The notes under the pieces were generated by a model. It saw only the letters and a list, made by a program, of their open reading frames with translations, did no database searches and had not been told where the DNA came from. A DNA stretch of 63,992 nucleotides, counting the filler, from Octopus bimaculoides (Eukaryota), in the NCBI RefSeq assembly GCF_001194135.2. It is 7 parts of 7 records of this genome, joined end to end, with 100 filler letters (N's around TTAATTAATTAA, not from the genome) between each part and the next. Parts side by side here need not be neighbours in the genome. Positions count along the whole stretch, not along the records: positions 16,336 to 42,942 come from NC_069000.1; 6 more parts are not named here. One strand, written 5' to 3'. Position numbers and translations under genes: made by a program. Of the stretch, positions 26,112-38,898 are shown in pieces; within the stretch, counting starts at the first letter, position 1, and each line of letters opens with the position of its first letter.

Positions 26112-26760
26112 CGTATACGAATGTATATGTATGCGTGTGACTATAGAATGTTAAAAAACAAATATAGATATCAGTACAGTGTGTGTTTGTGTGTACGCGT
26201 GCATACTGCGGGTATGTATGTGTGTATATATGTGTGTGAGTATATGTATGTAAGTATGTGTGTTGGTGTGTGTGAATGTGTTTGTGTGTGCGTGCGTGCG
26301 TGCGTGTGAGTGTTACTGTGTGTGTTTGAGTGTGTGTGAGTGTGTGTGTTAGTGTATGTGTGTGAGTGTTATGTGTGTGAGTATTATGTGTGTGGTGTGA
26401 GTGTGTAAGTGTGTTTGTGTATATATATGTATGTGTGTGCGTGTGCGCGCGTTTGCGTGTATTTGTGTGTGTGAGTGTTAGTGTGTGTATCTGAGTGTTT
26501 GTGTGTGTGTGTGTGTGTGTGTGTTAGTGTTATGTGTGTGAGTGTTATGTGTGTGGTGTGAGTATGTGAGTGTGTTTGTGTATGTGAGAGTGTGTGCACG
26601 CGCGCGTTTTCGTGTATTTGTGTTTGTGAGTGTTAGTGAGCGTTAGTGTGTGTGTGTGCGTGTTTGCGTGTGTGTGTGTCTGTGCGTGAGTGTTAGTGTG
26701 TGTGTGTGTGTGAATGTGAGTACGTATACGAATATATATGCATATGTCTGTGTGTGAGTG
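26035..26760. repeat. Compound GT-rich microsatellite field
   Basis: Interrupted (GT)n with recurring GAGTGTTA(G/T)TGTG units. Confidence 0.9.
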
Positions 26761-27042
26761 TAGAATATATTAAGAACGAATATAGGTGTTAGTGTAGTGC
26801 ACGTTATTTCTGAGTGATTTCGTATCTTCAGTAGCAGATACCACCTTGGTCATTTTGCGTTAAACAGGACTTCTGTTGCTATATATAGAAAACAGGAAAC
26901 AAGACATTTGCTGGTGTGCACTGAGGATGACATACTGGTATTAATTCAGTGAAAGCACGCGAACTGGTGAGGCTAAAACTAATGATGTGTACACTTATTT
27001 TTAATACGTTCTTGTAGACTAGAATGAAAATGGTAAATCTAT

Positions 27043-27265
27043 AAGGTTGCGAGCTGGCAGAATCGTTAGCATGCCGGGCAAAATGCTTAACGGCATTTCG
27101 TCCGTCTATTCGTTCTGAGTTCAAATTCCGTCAATGTCGACTTTGCCTTTGATCCCTTCCGGGGTCGATGAAATAAATACCAGTTGAGCACTGGAGATCG
27201 ATGTAATCGACTAGCTTCCCCACCTACAAAATTTCACGCCTTGTGCCTATAGCCGAAAGGAATAT
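27043..27265 (+). mobile_element. SINE family A, near full length
   Basis: AAGG..GCGAGCTGGCAGAATCGTTAGC...GTTCTGAGTTCAAATTCC...GGGGTCGATGAAATAAATACCAG...GCCTTGTGCCTA. Confidence 0.9.
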
Positions 27266-27285
27266 TATACACTGTCTGTGTGTGC

Positions 27286-27326
<41 letters not shown>

Positions 27327-27975
27327 NNNNNNNNNNNNNNNNNNNNNNNNNNNNNNNNNNNNNNNNNNNNNNNNNNNNNNNNNNNNNNNNNNNNNNNNNN
27401 NNNNNNNNNNNNNNNNNNNNNNNNNNNNNNNNNNNNNNNNNNNNNNNNNNNNNNNNNNNNNNNNNNNNNNNNNNNNNNNNNNNNNNNNNNNNNNNNNNNN
27501 NNNNNNNNNNNNNNNNNNNNNNNNNNNNNNNNNNNNNNNNNNNNNNNNNNNNNNNNNNNNNNNNNNNNNNNNNNNNNNNNNNNNNNNNNNNNNNNNNNNN
27601 NNNNNNNNNNNNNNNNNNNNNNNNNNNNNNNNNNNNNNNNNNNNNNNNNNNNNNNNNNNNNNNNNNNNNNNNNNNNNNNNNNNNNNNNNNNNNNNNNNNN
27701 NNNNNNNNNNNNNNNNNNNNNNNNNNNNNNNNNNNNNNNNNNNNNNNNNNNNNNNNNNNNNNNNNNNNNNNNNNNNNNNNNNNNNNNNNNNNNNNNNNNN
27801 NNNNNNNNNNNNNNNNNNNNNNNNNNNNNNNNNNNNNNNNNNNNNNNNNNNNNNNNNNNNNNNNNNNNNNNNNNNNNNNNNNNNNNNNNNNNNNNNNNNN
27901 NNNNNNNNNNNNNNNNNNNNNNNNNNNNNNNNNNNNNNNNNNNNNNNNNNNNNNNNNNNNNNNNNNNNNNNNNNT

Positions 27976-28015
<40 letters not shown>

Positions 28016-28120
28016 GTGCGTATGTATTTGACAGTACGTGCATGTCTGTATGCGTGTATTTTGTGTATTAATCGGTATGCGCATGTATGTGTGCGTGTGT
28101 GTTCGTGTATGCGCGTGTGA

Positions 28121-28156
<36 letters not shown>

Positions 28157-28284
28157 ATGTATGTGTTTGTGTATGTGTATGTGTGTGTAAGTGTTTGTGT
28201 ATACACACGCATGCCTATTAGATGTAATGTGAATGTATGCTTTAGAGTTTTGCTTTTGTACGTGTACATGTTTATTTCCGCGTG

Positions 28285-28317
<33 letters not shown>

Positions 28318-29060
28318 CTGTGTGTGTGTGCGTGCCACGTGTATGTACACATTTGTACTTACATGTGTTTGTAAATATATGTGCGTATTACAATATATAT
28401 ATATGTATGTATGTATGTATGTATATGTATATGTGTGTGTATNNNNNNNNNNGTAGTGTATGTGTGTGTGCGCGTGCTCGTGTAGTGTATATTCATGCTC
28501 GCACCCGCATACATGCACATTCACTGACAATGACACACAGACACTCACGCGCACACTCTCACTCACACACATTCACGCATTCACTCATAAACCCCCACCC
28601 CCACCATCCCCCATACAACCATCATACAACCAAGCACATCATCTCAACGGGTGGGTCGGTGGGTGTACGTAGGAGTGAAGGTGTGACGACTACTCCACGA
28701 TAGCACGTCAGTACAGAAATGGAAGTAGGGTGGAATTCGAAGCAGATTCTATTGGGAGGACGTATGTCTTCCTACTGGAAACCTATTTATAGACAAAGAT
28801 TTTAACCTACTTTCGCCTCTGTCAAATCACGCCATTTTCAAGGACTGTGGGTTATGGCTCTCGCTGCTCTGGGGGAAGGGTGAATGTATACTACACAAGT
28901 GAGCATGTGTAATAAATATGTGCGTGTATATGTATATGTATGTTTATATGTATGTATGTATGTATGCTTGTATGTATGCATGTATGTATGTATGTATATA
29001 TATATATATATATACATATATATACATATATATATATAGTCTGTTAAAGACTGTCATACC

Positions 29061-29100
29061 GGCCATGACGAAGGGAAATAGCCCTGAAACTCGAGTCGCC
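29061..29100 (+). ncRNA. Minimal type I hammerhead-ribozyme-like motif (variant core)
   Basis: GGC-CA-TGACGA-AGGG-aaatag-CCCT-GAAAC-TCGA-GTC-GCC: stem I GGC/GCC, stem II AGGG/CCCT, stem III AC/GT with palindromic TCGA loop, GUC triplet; CA in place of C3. Confidence 0.55.
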
Positions 29101-29637
29101 TTTATATATATATATTTATATTTATATATTTATATATTTGATCCTTTATATTGAACACTCAATATTTCATCTACATTCAATACTTTATTTCATGGTGCCA
29201 GCCATTTTTATTTTATATTATATATTGTATATTATATTATATATTGTATATTCCATATTCTATACCCCACATTAGTTCTGNNNNNNNNNNNNNNNNNNNN
29301 NNNNNNNNNNNNNNNNNNNNNNNNNNNNNNNNNNNNNNNNNNNNNNNNNNNNNNNNNNNNNNNNNNNNNNNNNNNNNNNNNNNNNNNNNNNNNNNNNNNN
29401 NNNNNNNNNNNNNNNNNNNNNNNNNNNNNNNNNNNNNNNNNNNNNNNNNNNNNNNNNNNNNNNNNNNNNNNNNNNNNNNNNNNNNNNNNNNNNNNNNNNN
29501 NNNNNNNNNNNNNNNNNNNNNNNNNNNNNNNNNNNNNNNNNNNNNNNNNNNNNNNNNNNNNNNNNNNNNNNNNNNNNNNNNNNNNNAACAGAAAGAATAC
29601 GGAGACAAGGAGAAAAACACGGAGAAAAAAAATTGAA

Positions 29638-29707
<70 letters not shown>

Positions 29708-29760
29708 GTGTGTGTGTTGGTGTGTTTTGAATTTGCTTCTTAGCATCAGAATCTGTTGTC

Positions 29761-30410
29761 GAATAGCAGGACATTTTATTTATTGTGTATTTTTTCATAC
29801 TAGTGAACGAACAAATGAAAGGAAAAATGCTCTAAAATTTTGGTACAAGGTCCAGAAAGTAAGTACCAGTAGAGAATTTGGGGCCGTTTTGAATAGTAGG
29901 ACACTTTATTCACCGTATATTTTTCCATTCGAGTGATCGAACAAACGAAAGGAAACTGCTCAGAAATTTTAGTACAAGCCAGAACATACGTACCAGTTGA
30001 GAATTTTGTGTCGATATAATCAACCCCAGTGCTCAACTGGTACTTATTTTTATCAAACTCCAAAAGAAGGAAAGGTAAAGTCGGCCACGATAGAATTTGA
30101 ACTCAGAACGTATTGATTCGGAAAAAATACCGCAAAGTCGTTTTTTCTACGCTCCAACAGTTCTGCCAACTCGCCGACTTAAGTAGGTATTTAATAATGG
30201 TTTCAAATTCTGGCACAAGGCTAGCAATTTCAAGGAAGGGGTTAGAAATCGTTATTGAATAGCAGGACATTTTCATTCACCGTATATTTTTTCATACGAG
30301 TGAGTAAACAAACGGAAGGAAAATACTCTAAAATTTTGACGCGAGGCTAGAAAATAAATACCAGTTGAGAATTTGGGGTCGATTTAATCGACCTCAGTGC
30401 TCAAGTGGTC
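29761..30410. repeat. Three ~130-bp units with an embedded minus-strand family A SINE (30010-30182)
   Basis: GAATAG(C/T)AGGACA..TT...AAATTTT...TACCAGT(A/T)GAGAATTT at about 29761, 29891 and 30258. Confidence 0.75.
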
Positions 30411-30504
30411 CTTATTTTAATACAGTTCTATATTTAAGAGATGAGGAATTATGTACATTATTTACATTTGACGTGTATTTGTCCTCGTCTTGATTGTTGT
30501 TAAC

Positions 30505-30970
30505 ACAACGTTTTGGCTTATATACACTCCATCAGGTGTCTTGGAGAAATTTCGAACCTGGTGGAAACTTGGGGAAATTTCGAAACTTGATGGAAATGCT
30601 GACCTTCTGTGTAGAAACTACCTACTTCGGTATGGCCACTGATATATATCGACAAGAAGAGGGTTTAGCTATGGGTTCGCCATTATCACCGATAATAGCA
30701 AATATATACATGGAATACTTTGAAAATTTGGTTTTAGGATCAACACCACTAAGACCAACCCAATGGCTGCGATATGTTGATGACACCTTTATACTCTGGC
30801 CTCCACCAGGAAGATATCCAAGTGCTGTTAGATCATGTGAACTCAATAAAGCTATCCATACAGTTCAGAATGGAAAAGGAAGAAGACAATCAGCTACCAT
30901 TCCTGTATGTATTAATAACACGCACCCAAGAATGGATTCAGGACATCCGTATACCGCAAGCCGACCTTCA
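30505..30970 (+). mobile_element. Penelope-like element RT fragment with adjacent pLTR remnant
   Basis: YRQEEGLAMGSPLSPIIANIYMEYFE...WLRYVDDTFILW, frameshift, HVNSIKLSIQFRMEKEEDNQLPFLYVLI, GFRTSVYRKPT. 30505-30540 is a decayed CTGATG...AAACGT motif on the minus strand. Confidence 0.9.
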
Positions 30971-31604
30971 CTTTAGAGCCAATTGGTGTCTTCTTCTAGC
31001 ATGTGGCATTACTCAGTAGTTGCTCTTATTATAAGTTTATAATTATATTTATAGAATTAAATACTCTGTATTACTTTTTACCTAAATGATTTTTTACATG
31101 CTAGCTACTTGACAAAATCCTTTATAGACTTTATCCTTGATTATAATGATATATATATATAAACTCTTCGAAACGCTTAGTTTTAGAATGGTGGCAGCTG
31201 ATGAAGGAAATATTCTCTATGTGGGGACAGACACAAAGGCACACACACACACACACACGCNNNNNNNNNNNNNNNNNNNNNNNNNNNNNNNNNNNNNNNN
31301 NNNNNNNNNNNNNNNNNNNNNNNNNNNNNNNNNNNNNNNNNNNNNNNNNNNNNNNNNNNNNNNNNNNNNNNNNNNNNNNNNNNNNNNNNNNNNNNNNNNN
31401 NNNNNNNNNNNNNNNNNNNNNNNNNNNNNNNNNNNNNNNNNNNNNNNNNNNNNNNNNNNNNNNNNNNNNNNNNNNNNNNNNNNNNNNNNNNNNNNNNNNN
31501 NNNNNNNNNNNNNNNNNNNNNNNNNNNNNNNNNNNNNNNNNNNNNNNNNNNNNNNNNNNNNNNNNNNNNNNNNNNNNNNNNNNNNNNNNNNNNNNNNNNN
31601 NNNN

Positions 31605-31635
<31 letters not shown>

Positions 31636-32051
31636 TCATATACACATACATTCACATATACCAGTACACACGTTCCGCTACAGCATGACTTGCTTTTGAC
31701 CGTTGCATCCGGTGGTCTCTTTCAGCAATCCGGATATAGTTTGGTCGCCGCATGTCCTGTTGGTTTGTTTCTATGATTCATTACATCTATCAGGTGAGCT
31801 TTGCGTTATATATGGCAACAAGTATGTCATCCATGACTAATCCTGTATCTATTGCTGATGATGCCGTTTAGGCCCAAGCTCGTCCCAGCTGAGCAGAATA
31901 GCAAAAGTCCTTGGCTACCTCGTGTAAATACACTTTTAGCTCCCTATCTACGGAGCACAAAGAGAGAAGTAGAACCAAATAAAACCACTGTGTTATTTTT
32001 ATTTTACGTAGCATCAATTTATCATATCCAGGGATAGTGATTAATTATTAA

Positions 32052-32078
32052 CTAGCGATATCCGTGAATAATTCACGG
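32052..32078 (-). mobile_element. Helitron-type 3' terminus (hairpin + CTAG)
   Basis: Minus strand CCGTGAAT-T-ATTCACGG, then ATATCG-CTAG|T. Confidence 0.55.
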
Positions 32079-32375
32079 AATTAACGGTAAACTTATTGGG
32101 TTATTTCTGAAAACTCTATCCAAAAAGCCTGAAAGCGTAGTCTGTGTTGTGTCTGTATGGAAAAATATCGTTCATCTGCTAATCATTGAAAAGTAAAAGA
32201 TCTTGGAATACAACGATTACTTAATGCACTTTATACATAGACTTCTATGTATTTCATGCACAATTTTATAGACTTAATACACAGCACTTTCCCACTTTCT
32301 CTCTCACTCTTCACCTTACTCTCTTTTTCTCTCTCCTTCAGTTTTCGCTCATTGCTTTTCCCTTCAACTAATCAG

Positions 32376-32395
32376 GTGAAAGTGCTACAGACGAG
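32376..32395 (+). CDS. Candidate 20-nt micro-exon (alternative acceptor gives 54 nt, 32342-32395)
   Basis: About 80-nt pyrimidine-rich tract, then ctaatcag|GTGAAAGTGCTACAGACGAG|gtaagt; reads (G)ESATDE or VKVLQT. Confidence 0.5.
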
Positions 32396-32957
32396 GTAAG
32401 TAACGGAGAAAGAAAAAAACTTAGCTAACAAAATTGCACATTTTAATCACCACCCCTCTACCTTCGTTCCCACTCACCCCTTCTCCATCTCTCTTCTCCC
32501 CTCCCCTCCCTCGTATTCAAATAATTACGTGGAAGCGTTACAGACGAAGCTAACATCTCAATATCAATACATATCCTTAACCAGTTGAGCATATCCCTTA
32601 GCGGCTGACGATATGTGCATCTCTGATCACGAACAGAAGTAGTGGGGATGCACCCCAACATTTCAGAAACACGGACGGTATAAAAAAATTGTACCTGATG
32701 ATTGATACTCAAATAAGTTGAATAGTTTTGAAATTGTTAGTAACGTGGATCGATAAGACATTATAATTGCATAGAATTTATAAATCAACTCTATATTCCT
32801 TATATTGAATGCTCTGCGCTTTGACACGCGATACTTCTTTGAACACTTACCACGCTTCAATCTTACATTCTGCTTAGTGTAAACTAAAGAACCCTGTTTA
32901 ACGACTTGAGATATATAGATTAAAAAGTATATGCTGGAGTGCTCTCCCTATTCAAAG

Positions 32958-33000
32958 ATCACTGTATTAACTATGGATCTGTACAACACGAACTACTCAG
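32958..33000 (+). CDS. Candidate 43-nt exon (twin 1)
   Basis: ctctccctattcaaag|ATC ACT GTA...TAC TCA G|gtaaga; ITVLTMDLYNTNYS(G) in phase 0-1. Confidence 0.5.
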
Positions 33001-33203
33001 GTAAGAAATACAGGTGATCTAAGTGAAACGTGCCTGACGATAAGTACTCATGTACTTTGTATCTCTGAGATTCTAGTAACATAAATTGACAGGTTTATAT
33101 AAATTGCATCATATGTGTGTGTATGTTTGTGCTTGTGAATGTGTGTATGTATTTATATATTCATACATATGCATATGCATGTGTCAACGTATGCATTGTG
33201 TGT

Positions 33204-33239
<36 letters not shown>

Positions 33240-35722
33240 GTATGTGTGTGTGCGTGTATATGTATACAGTGAGAGAGAGAAGAAAACAGTTATTTTATTA
33301 CATATATATATATANNNNNNNNNNNNNNNNNNNNNNNNNNNNNNNNNNNNNNNNNNNNNNNNNNNNNNNNNNNNNNNNNNNNNNNNNNNNNNNNNNNNNN
33401 NNNNNNNNNNNNNNNNNNNNNNNNNNNNNNNNNNNNNNNNNNNNNNNNNNNNNNNNNNNNNNNNNNNNNNNNNNNNNNNNNNNNNNNNNNNNNNNNNNNN
33501 NNNNNNNNNNNNNNNNNNNNNNNNNNNNNNNNNNNNNNNNNNNNNNNNNNNNNNNNNNNNNNNNNNNNNNNNNNNNNNNNNNNNNNNNNNNNNNNTATAT
33601 ATATATACATGTATACACACGCACGCGCGCGTACTCACACATATGCATGTATGTATGTATATGGATGGATGTATTCTTAATTACATGCGTCTGCATCTAC
33701 TCTTGTGTGCATAACGATATATAAACTGAATATATATATCTCTGTGTATGTGTGTATATATGTGTGTGTATGTGTGTGTGTGTATGCGTATGTGCCAGCA
33801 TGCTGACGCTTGTCTCCGACTCTAATGGTTTATAATTATACGAAAATAATTTCTGGGTCAGATATTAGGGAGAAAATGCCGTTCAGTAGATGGCTGGTTA
33901 TTATAATTGTGTGTGTGAGAGAGAGCGATCATTATGGTGGATGGTGGGAGCAAGAGATTTAATGTGTATTGTGTGTGGTTTGACTGAGATTCAGGGAGGC
34001 GGGTGGACAAATAGGATAATAACCCGACTGCTTATTAGAGGATGGCAAATTTAGAAAGGTTTACTTATTCGACCAAACAAACAACACATTCATTAACTCC
34101 TTTTTTATTAATGTTGCATGTTGAATAAAAAAATAAAAAATCATTTGTGTGAAGTCATGTTTAATACATTCGATTGTACTCGGACGTGATAAAGCCTATC
34201 GCTGCAAGAATAGTCTCTGCAGAAAATTCTCCACCTAGACTTGTGTAAATACACATTTTGTTTTGGGGGGTGTATCACGTCATTAGATCGTAGTTTCCGT
34301 AACTGACGAAGCAAAACAACACAGCGTCCTACATTCTAATGACGTCTTGCACAGCCCAAAATGAAATGAATACTTTGAATTTTCTCTAGGGGCTATTCTC
34401 GCAGCGATTGGTTTTATTACGTCTGATTACAACCGGACGTGTTAAACATTCGTTTTTATTCATTTCATTCGAAAAAAAAAAATATATAATAATAAAACAC
34501 CATTGTTAGATCAGTTGTACGAATTGGCTGAATAGTTTAGTATATCAAATAATATTCTGTGTGTTCCGAGTTCAAATCCTGTTGATGTTTAACTTTGGTT
34601 TTCACCTTTCTGGGATCAATAAAATGAAATAACAATTAAGGGTTGAGGCTGCTTTAACGCCGGACAAAATATCTTCACGTCTTGAATTGAAATACTGCGG
34701 AAGTCGACATTGTGTTTCATGTTTTCGATTTCTGTAAAATAAACTACCAGTTAAGAACTTGAGTTGANNNNNNNNNNNNNNNNNNNNNNNNNNNNNNNNN
34801 NNNNNNNNNNNNNNNNNNNNNNNNNNNNNNNNNNNNNNNNNNNNNNNNNNNNNNNNNNNNNNNNNNNNNNNNNNNNNNNNNNNNNNNNNNNNNNNNNNNN
34901 NNNNNNNNNNNNNNNNNNNNNNNNNNNNNNNNNNNNNNNNNNNNNNNNNNNNNNNNNNNNNNNNNNNNNNNNNNNNNNNNNNNNNNNNNNNNNNNNNNNN
35001 NNNNNNNNNNNNNNNNNNNNNNNNNNNNNNNNNNNNNNNNNNNNNNNNNNNNNNNNNNNNNNNNNNNNNNNNNNNNNNNNNNNNNNNNNNNNNNNNNNNN
35101 NNNNNNNNNNNNNNNNNNNNNNNNNNNNNNNNNNNNNNNNNNNNNNNNNNNNNNNNNNNNNNNNNNNNNNNNNNNNNNNNNNNNNNNNNNNNNNNNNNNN
35201 NNNNNNNNNNNNNNNNNNNNNNNNNNNNNNNNNNNNNNNNNNNNNNNNNNNNNNNNNNNNNNNNNNNNNNNNNNNNNNNNNNNNNNNNNNNNNNNNNNNN
35301 NNNNNNNNNNNNNNNNNNNNNNNNNNNNNNNNNNNNNNNNNNNNNNNNNNNNNNNNNNNNNNNNNNNNNNNNNNNNNNNNNNNNNNNNNNNNNNNNNNNN
35401 NNNNNNNNNNNNNNNNNNNNNNNNNNNNNNNNNNNNNNNNNNNNNNNNNNNNNNNNNNNNNNNNNNNNNNNNNNNNNNNNNNNNNNNNNNNNNNNNNNNN
35501 NNNNNNNNNNNNNNNNNNNNNNNNNNNNNNNNNNNNNNNNNNNNNNNNNNNNNNNNNNCCCTCCTATCTTCATCAAAACTTTTATCATTATTTAATGACT
35601 TCCCATTCAAGAGACACGACATACGCTTCCAGTCAACCATTTTGGAAGTTCCACCATGGTTGGTGCCAGACACACTGTCGCGACTGAATGAATTCTTAGT
35701 TTTGTTGTTGTAGTTTTCCTTG

Positions 35723-35753
<31 letters not shown>

Positions 35754-36113
35754 GTTTTTTTTTTGTATGCTGTTTCTCTTATTTTTGCTGCTTCTGTTCT
35801 TGGTGTCTTTGTTGAGTGTGTTGATTTTATTGTCGATGTTGTTGTTGTTGTTGTTGTTGCTGCTGTGGTTTCTGACGCTGATTTTGGCGGTGGCATCGTT
35901 GTTGTTGTTGTTGTTGTTGTTGTTCTTGCGTCTGTTAAGGTCACCGTCGTGTACGCGGTGTTGTTGTTCGCTCTTAGGTCAGCGCTGATTTAATAAACCG
36001 GGGATGAAAGGCGTTCCAGCTATGCCTACCCCTTCCTTCTCAAGATATATAAAATTATGATTACATATTGTTATATTTCGGGACTCTCTCTCTTTTACTC
36101 TTTTACTTGTTTA

Positions 36114-36435
36114 GCCTTTCATCCTTTCGGGGGTTGATTAAATAAGTACCAGTTACGCACTGGGGTCGATGTAATCGACTTAATCTCCCTTTGTCTGTCC
36201 TTGTTTGTCCCCTCTATGTTTAGCCCCTTGTGGGCAATAAAGAAATAAGAAACGTTAGCACGCCGGGCGAAATGCTTAGCGATATTTCGTCTGCCACTAC
36301 GTTCCGAGGTCGACTTTGCTTTTCATTCTTTCGGGGTAGATAAATTAAGTACCAGTTGCGTACTGGAGTCGATCTAATCGACTGGCTCCCTCCCCCAAAA
36401 TTTCGGGCCTTGTGCCTAAAGTAGAAAAGGATTAT
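36114..36435 (+). mobile_element. Composite/dimeric family A SINE
   Basis: Core plus tail ...GTGGGCAATAAAGAAATAA followed directly by a second 5'-truncated copy with a different tail (...GGGCCTTGTGCCTAAAGTAGAAAAGG). Confidence 0.85.
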
Positions 36436-37302
36436 GTTTGATTAATTTTAATTTGAGGATTTCGTCCCCTGCTTTGTTTTCACCAGAATTAGCCAATCAT
36501 ATTAGCTAATAAAAGGATGATGGTGAAGGTCCCAATCACATTTACTAAGACCACTATTACGCATACAAAATAACAACGGATCACTCGCTCCCCAACGTCG
36601 ACCTGCTTGAAGCAGCAGCGAAATAGCCCACAAAATCACATCACTATTATCTTTAAAAATATGTGGCTCACATCGGGAAATGTAGTCTTAGATAAACTGT
36701 TTGAATAAAAATACGGTGTGGTCATGACGGGAATGAATGTCTTTGACTATAGAGCTGTTCAACCATTGTAACCTATAGTTACAATGACAGCAATAACAAC
36801 CATTATACAATCGTCACTATCACCACCACCACCACCACCACCACCACCACTACCACAACCACTACCCCNNNNNNNNNNNNNNNNNNNNNNNNNNNNNNNN
36901 NNNNNNNNNNNNNNNNNNNNNNNNNNNNNNNNNNNNNNNNNNNNNNNNNNNNNNNNNNNNNNNNNNNNNNNNNNNNNNNNNNNNNNNNNNNNNNNNNNNN
37001 NNNNNNNNNNNNNNNNNNNNNNNNNNNNNNNNNNNNNNNNNNNNNNNNNNNNNNNNNNNNNNNNNNNNNNNNNNNNNNNNNNNNNNNNNNNNNNNNNNNN
37101 NNNNNNNNNNNNNNNNNNNNNNNNNNNNNNNNNNNNNNNNNNNNNNNNNNNNNNNNNNNNNNNNNNNNNNNNNNNNNNNNNNNNNNNNNNNNNNNNNNNN
37201 NNNNNNNNNNNTGTGTAGATATATAGATATGTTTCAATATATATGTGTGTGTGTATATGTATGCATATTTAAGTATGCAAATACATACAAACACACATTC
37301 AT

Positions 37303-37335
<33 letters not shown>

Positions 37336-37487
37336 CATATATATATTATAGTCATCATCATCATTAACAACACCTTATTGACATATTAAATCGTCGGATA
37401 AGATATCTACGGTATTTAATTAACAGCTCTGCACGTTTTGAGTTCAAATCTCGTTTAAGTCAGTTTTGTCTTTCATCATTCCTGGGA

Positions 37488-37523
<36 letters not shown>

Positions 37524-38081
37524 GTTTTTTTTTTTTTTTTTTCTTAAATACATGTTTTACCTATGAATTTGCGTGTGTAAATTGGGAATGCATACAACGT
37601 TTCTCTGCCCTATGTGTACGGAAAACACTCGGCGAGAAATGGGAAAAAATTTGAAGAAAGAAGAAAAAAAACATAATAATAATAATAATAATAATAATAA
37701 TTCTTTCTACTATAGGCACATGGCCTGAAATTTCAACCCCCAGTGCTCAATTGGTACTCGTATTTACCAAGGCAAAGTCGACCTCTGCGGAATTTGAACG
37801 TAAAGACGAACGAAATGCCGCAAATATTTTAGCCGGCGTGCTAACGATCTTAGTCAGACAACATCTCCACCTCCACCGCCATCATCACCACCTCCACNNN
37901 NNNNNNNNNNNNNNNNNNNNNNNNNNNNNNNNNNNNNNNNNNNNNNNNNNNNNNNNNNNNNNNNNNNNNNNNNNNNNNNNNNNNNNNNNNNNNNNNNNNN
38001 NNNNNNNNNNNNNNNNNNNNNNNNNNNNNNNNNNNNNNNNNNNNTCATCATCTATTCCATCACAATATATTCGTAATAACT

Positions 38082-38420
38082 AAGGCGGTGAGATGGCAGA
38101 ATCGTTAGCACGCCGGGCGAAATGCTTAGCGGTATTTCGTCTGCTGCTACGTTCTGAGTTCAAATTCCACCGAGGTCGACTTTGCTTTCCGGGTCGATAA
38201 AATAAGTACCAGTGGCGTATTGGGGGTTGATGTAATCGACTAGCCCCCTTTCCCACAAAAAATTTTCAAGGCCTTGACTGGTACTTGTTTTATCGTCCCT
38301 GAAGAGATGAAAGACAAATTCGTCCTCGCCAGAATTTGAACTCAGAACATAAAGCTAGGAGAAATGCCGCTATACACTTTGCCTGGCGCGATAACAATTC
38401 TGCCGGGTCACCACCTTCAT
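38082..38420. mobile_element. Tail-to-tail inverted pair of family A SINEs
   Basis: + copy 38082-38275 and - copy 38277-38420; a further - copy at about 37700-37850. Confidence 0.85.
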
Positions 38421-38514
38421 TCATATTTATAATAATATATTCATATATTATTATTCATACATAGTAATATATTCATATATTCACAACGAAGAAGAAGAAG
38501 AAGGAGGAGGAGGA

Positions 38515-38550
<36 letters not shown>

Positions 38551-38865
38551 GATGAAGATGATGAAAAATTCCTATCTCAGTGCCTTGTCAGTTTACTTCG
38601 CCGCTGGTGCCGAGGACGATGATGATGATGATGATGATGATGATGACGACGACTAGAATGATGTCGATGATGATGAAACGCATCATAGTAGTCGTCATCG
38701 CCATCATCATCGCCATCATCATCATCGTCGTCGTCGTCGTCGTCGTCTTCTTGCTCGGGACCACCAAGTTGACCCTAACCCAGATATAGAAAAGCGTTCA
38801 AAGTTCAGAAAAGCAAGTATTGGCAGTTATTGTAAGGGGTTATTACTGGGCTTTAATTTAGCCCC

Positions 38866-38898
<33 letters not shown>

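Noticed and set aside
26832-26937. Exon-like segment after the TM exon (open 35-codon frame, tandem acceptors)
   Set aside because: The open frame needs phase 2 while the TM exon ends in phase 0; the phase 0 reading stops after 17 codons; the donor is weak.
31165-31215. GAAAC ... CTGATGA as a permuted hammerhead
   Set aside because: Stems I and II do not pair convincingly.
34390-34445. Hydrophobic GAILAAIGFITSDYNRTC* after a fair acceptor
   Set aside because: No convincing donor in a useful phase, so it was not promoted to a feature.
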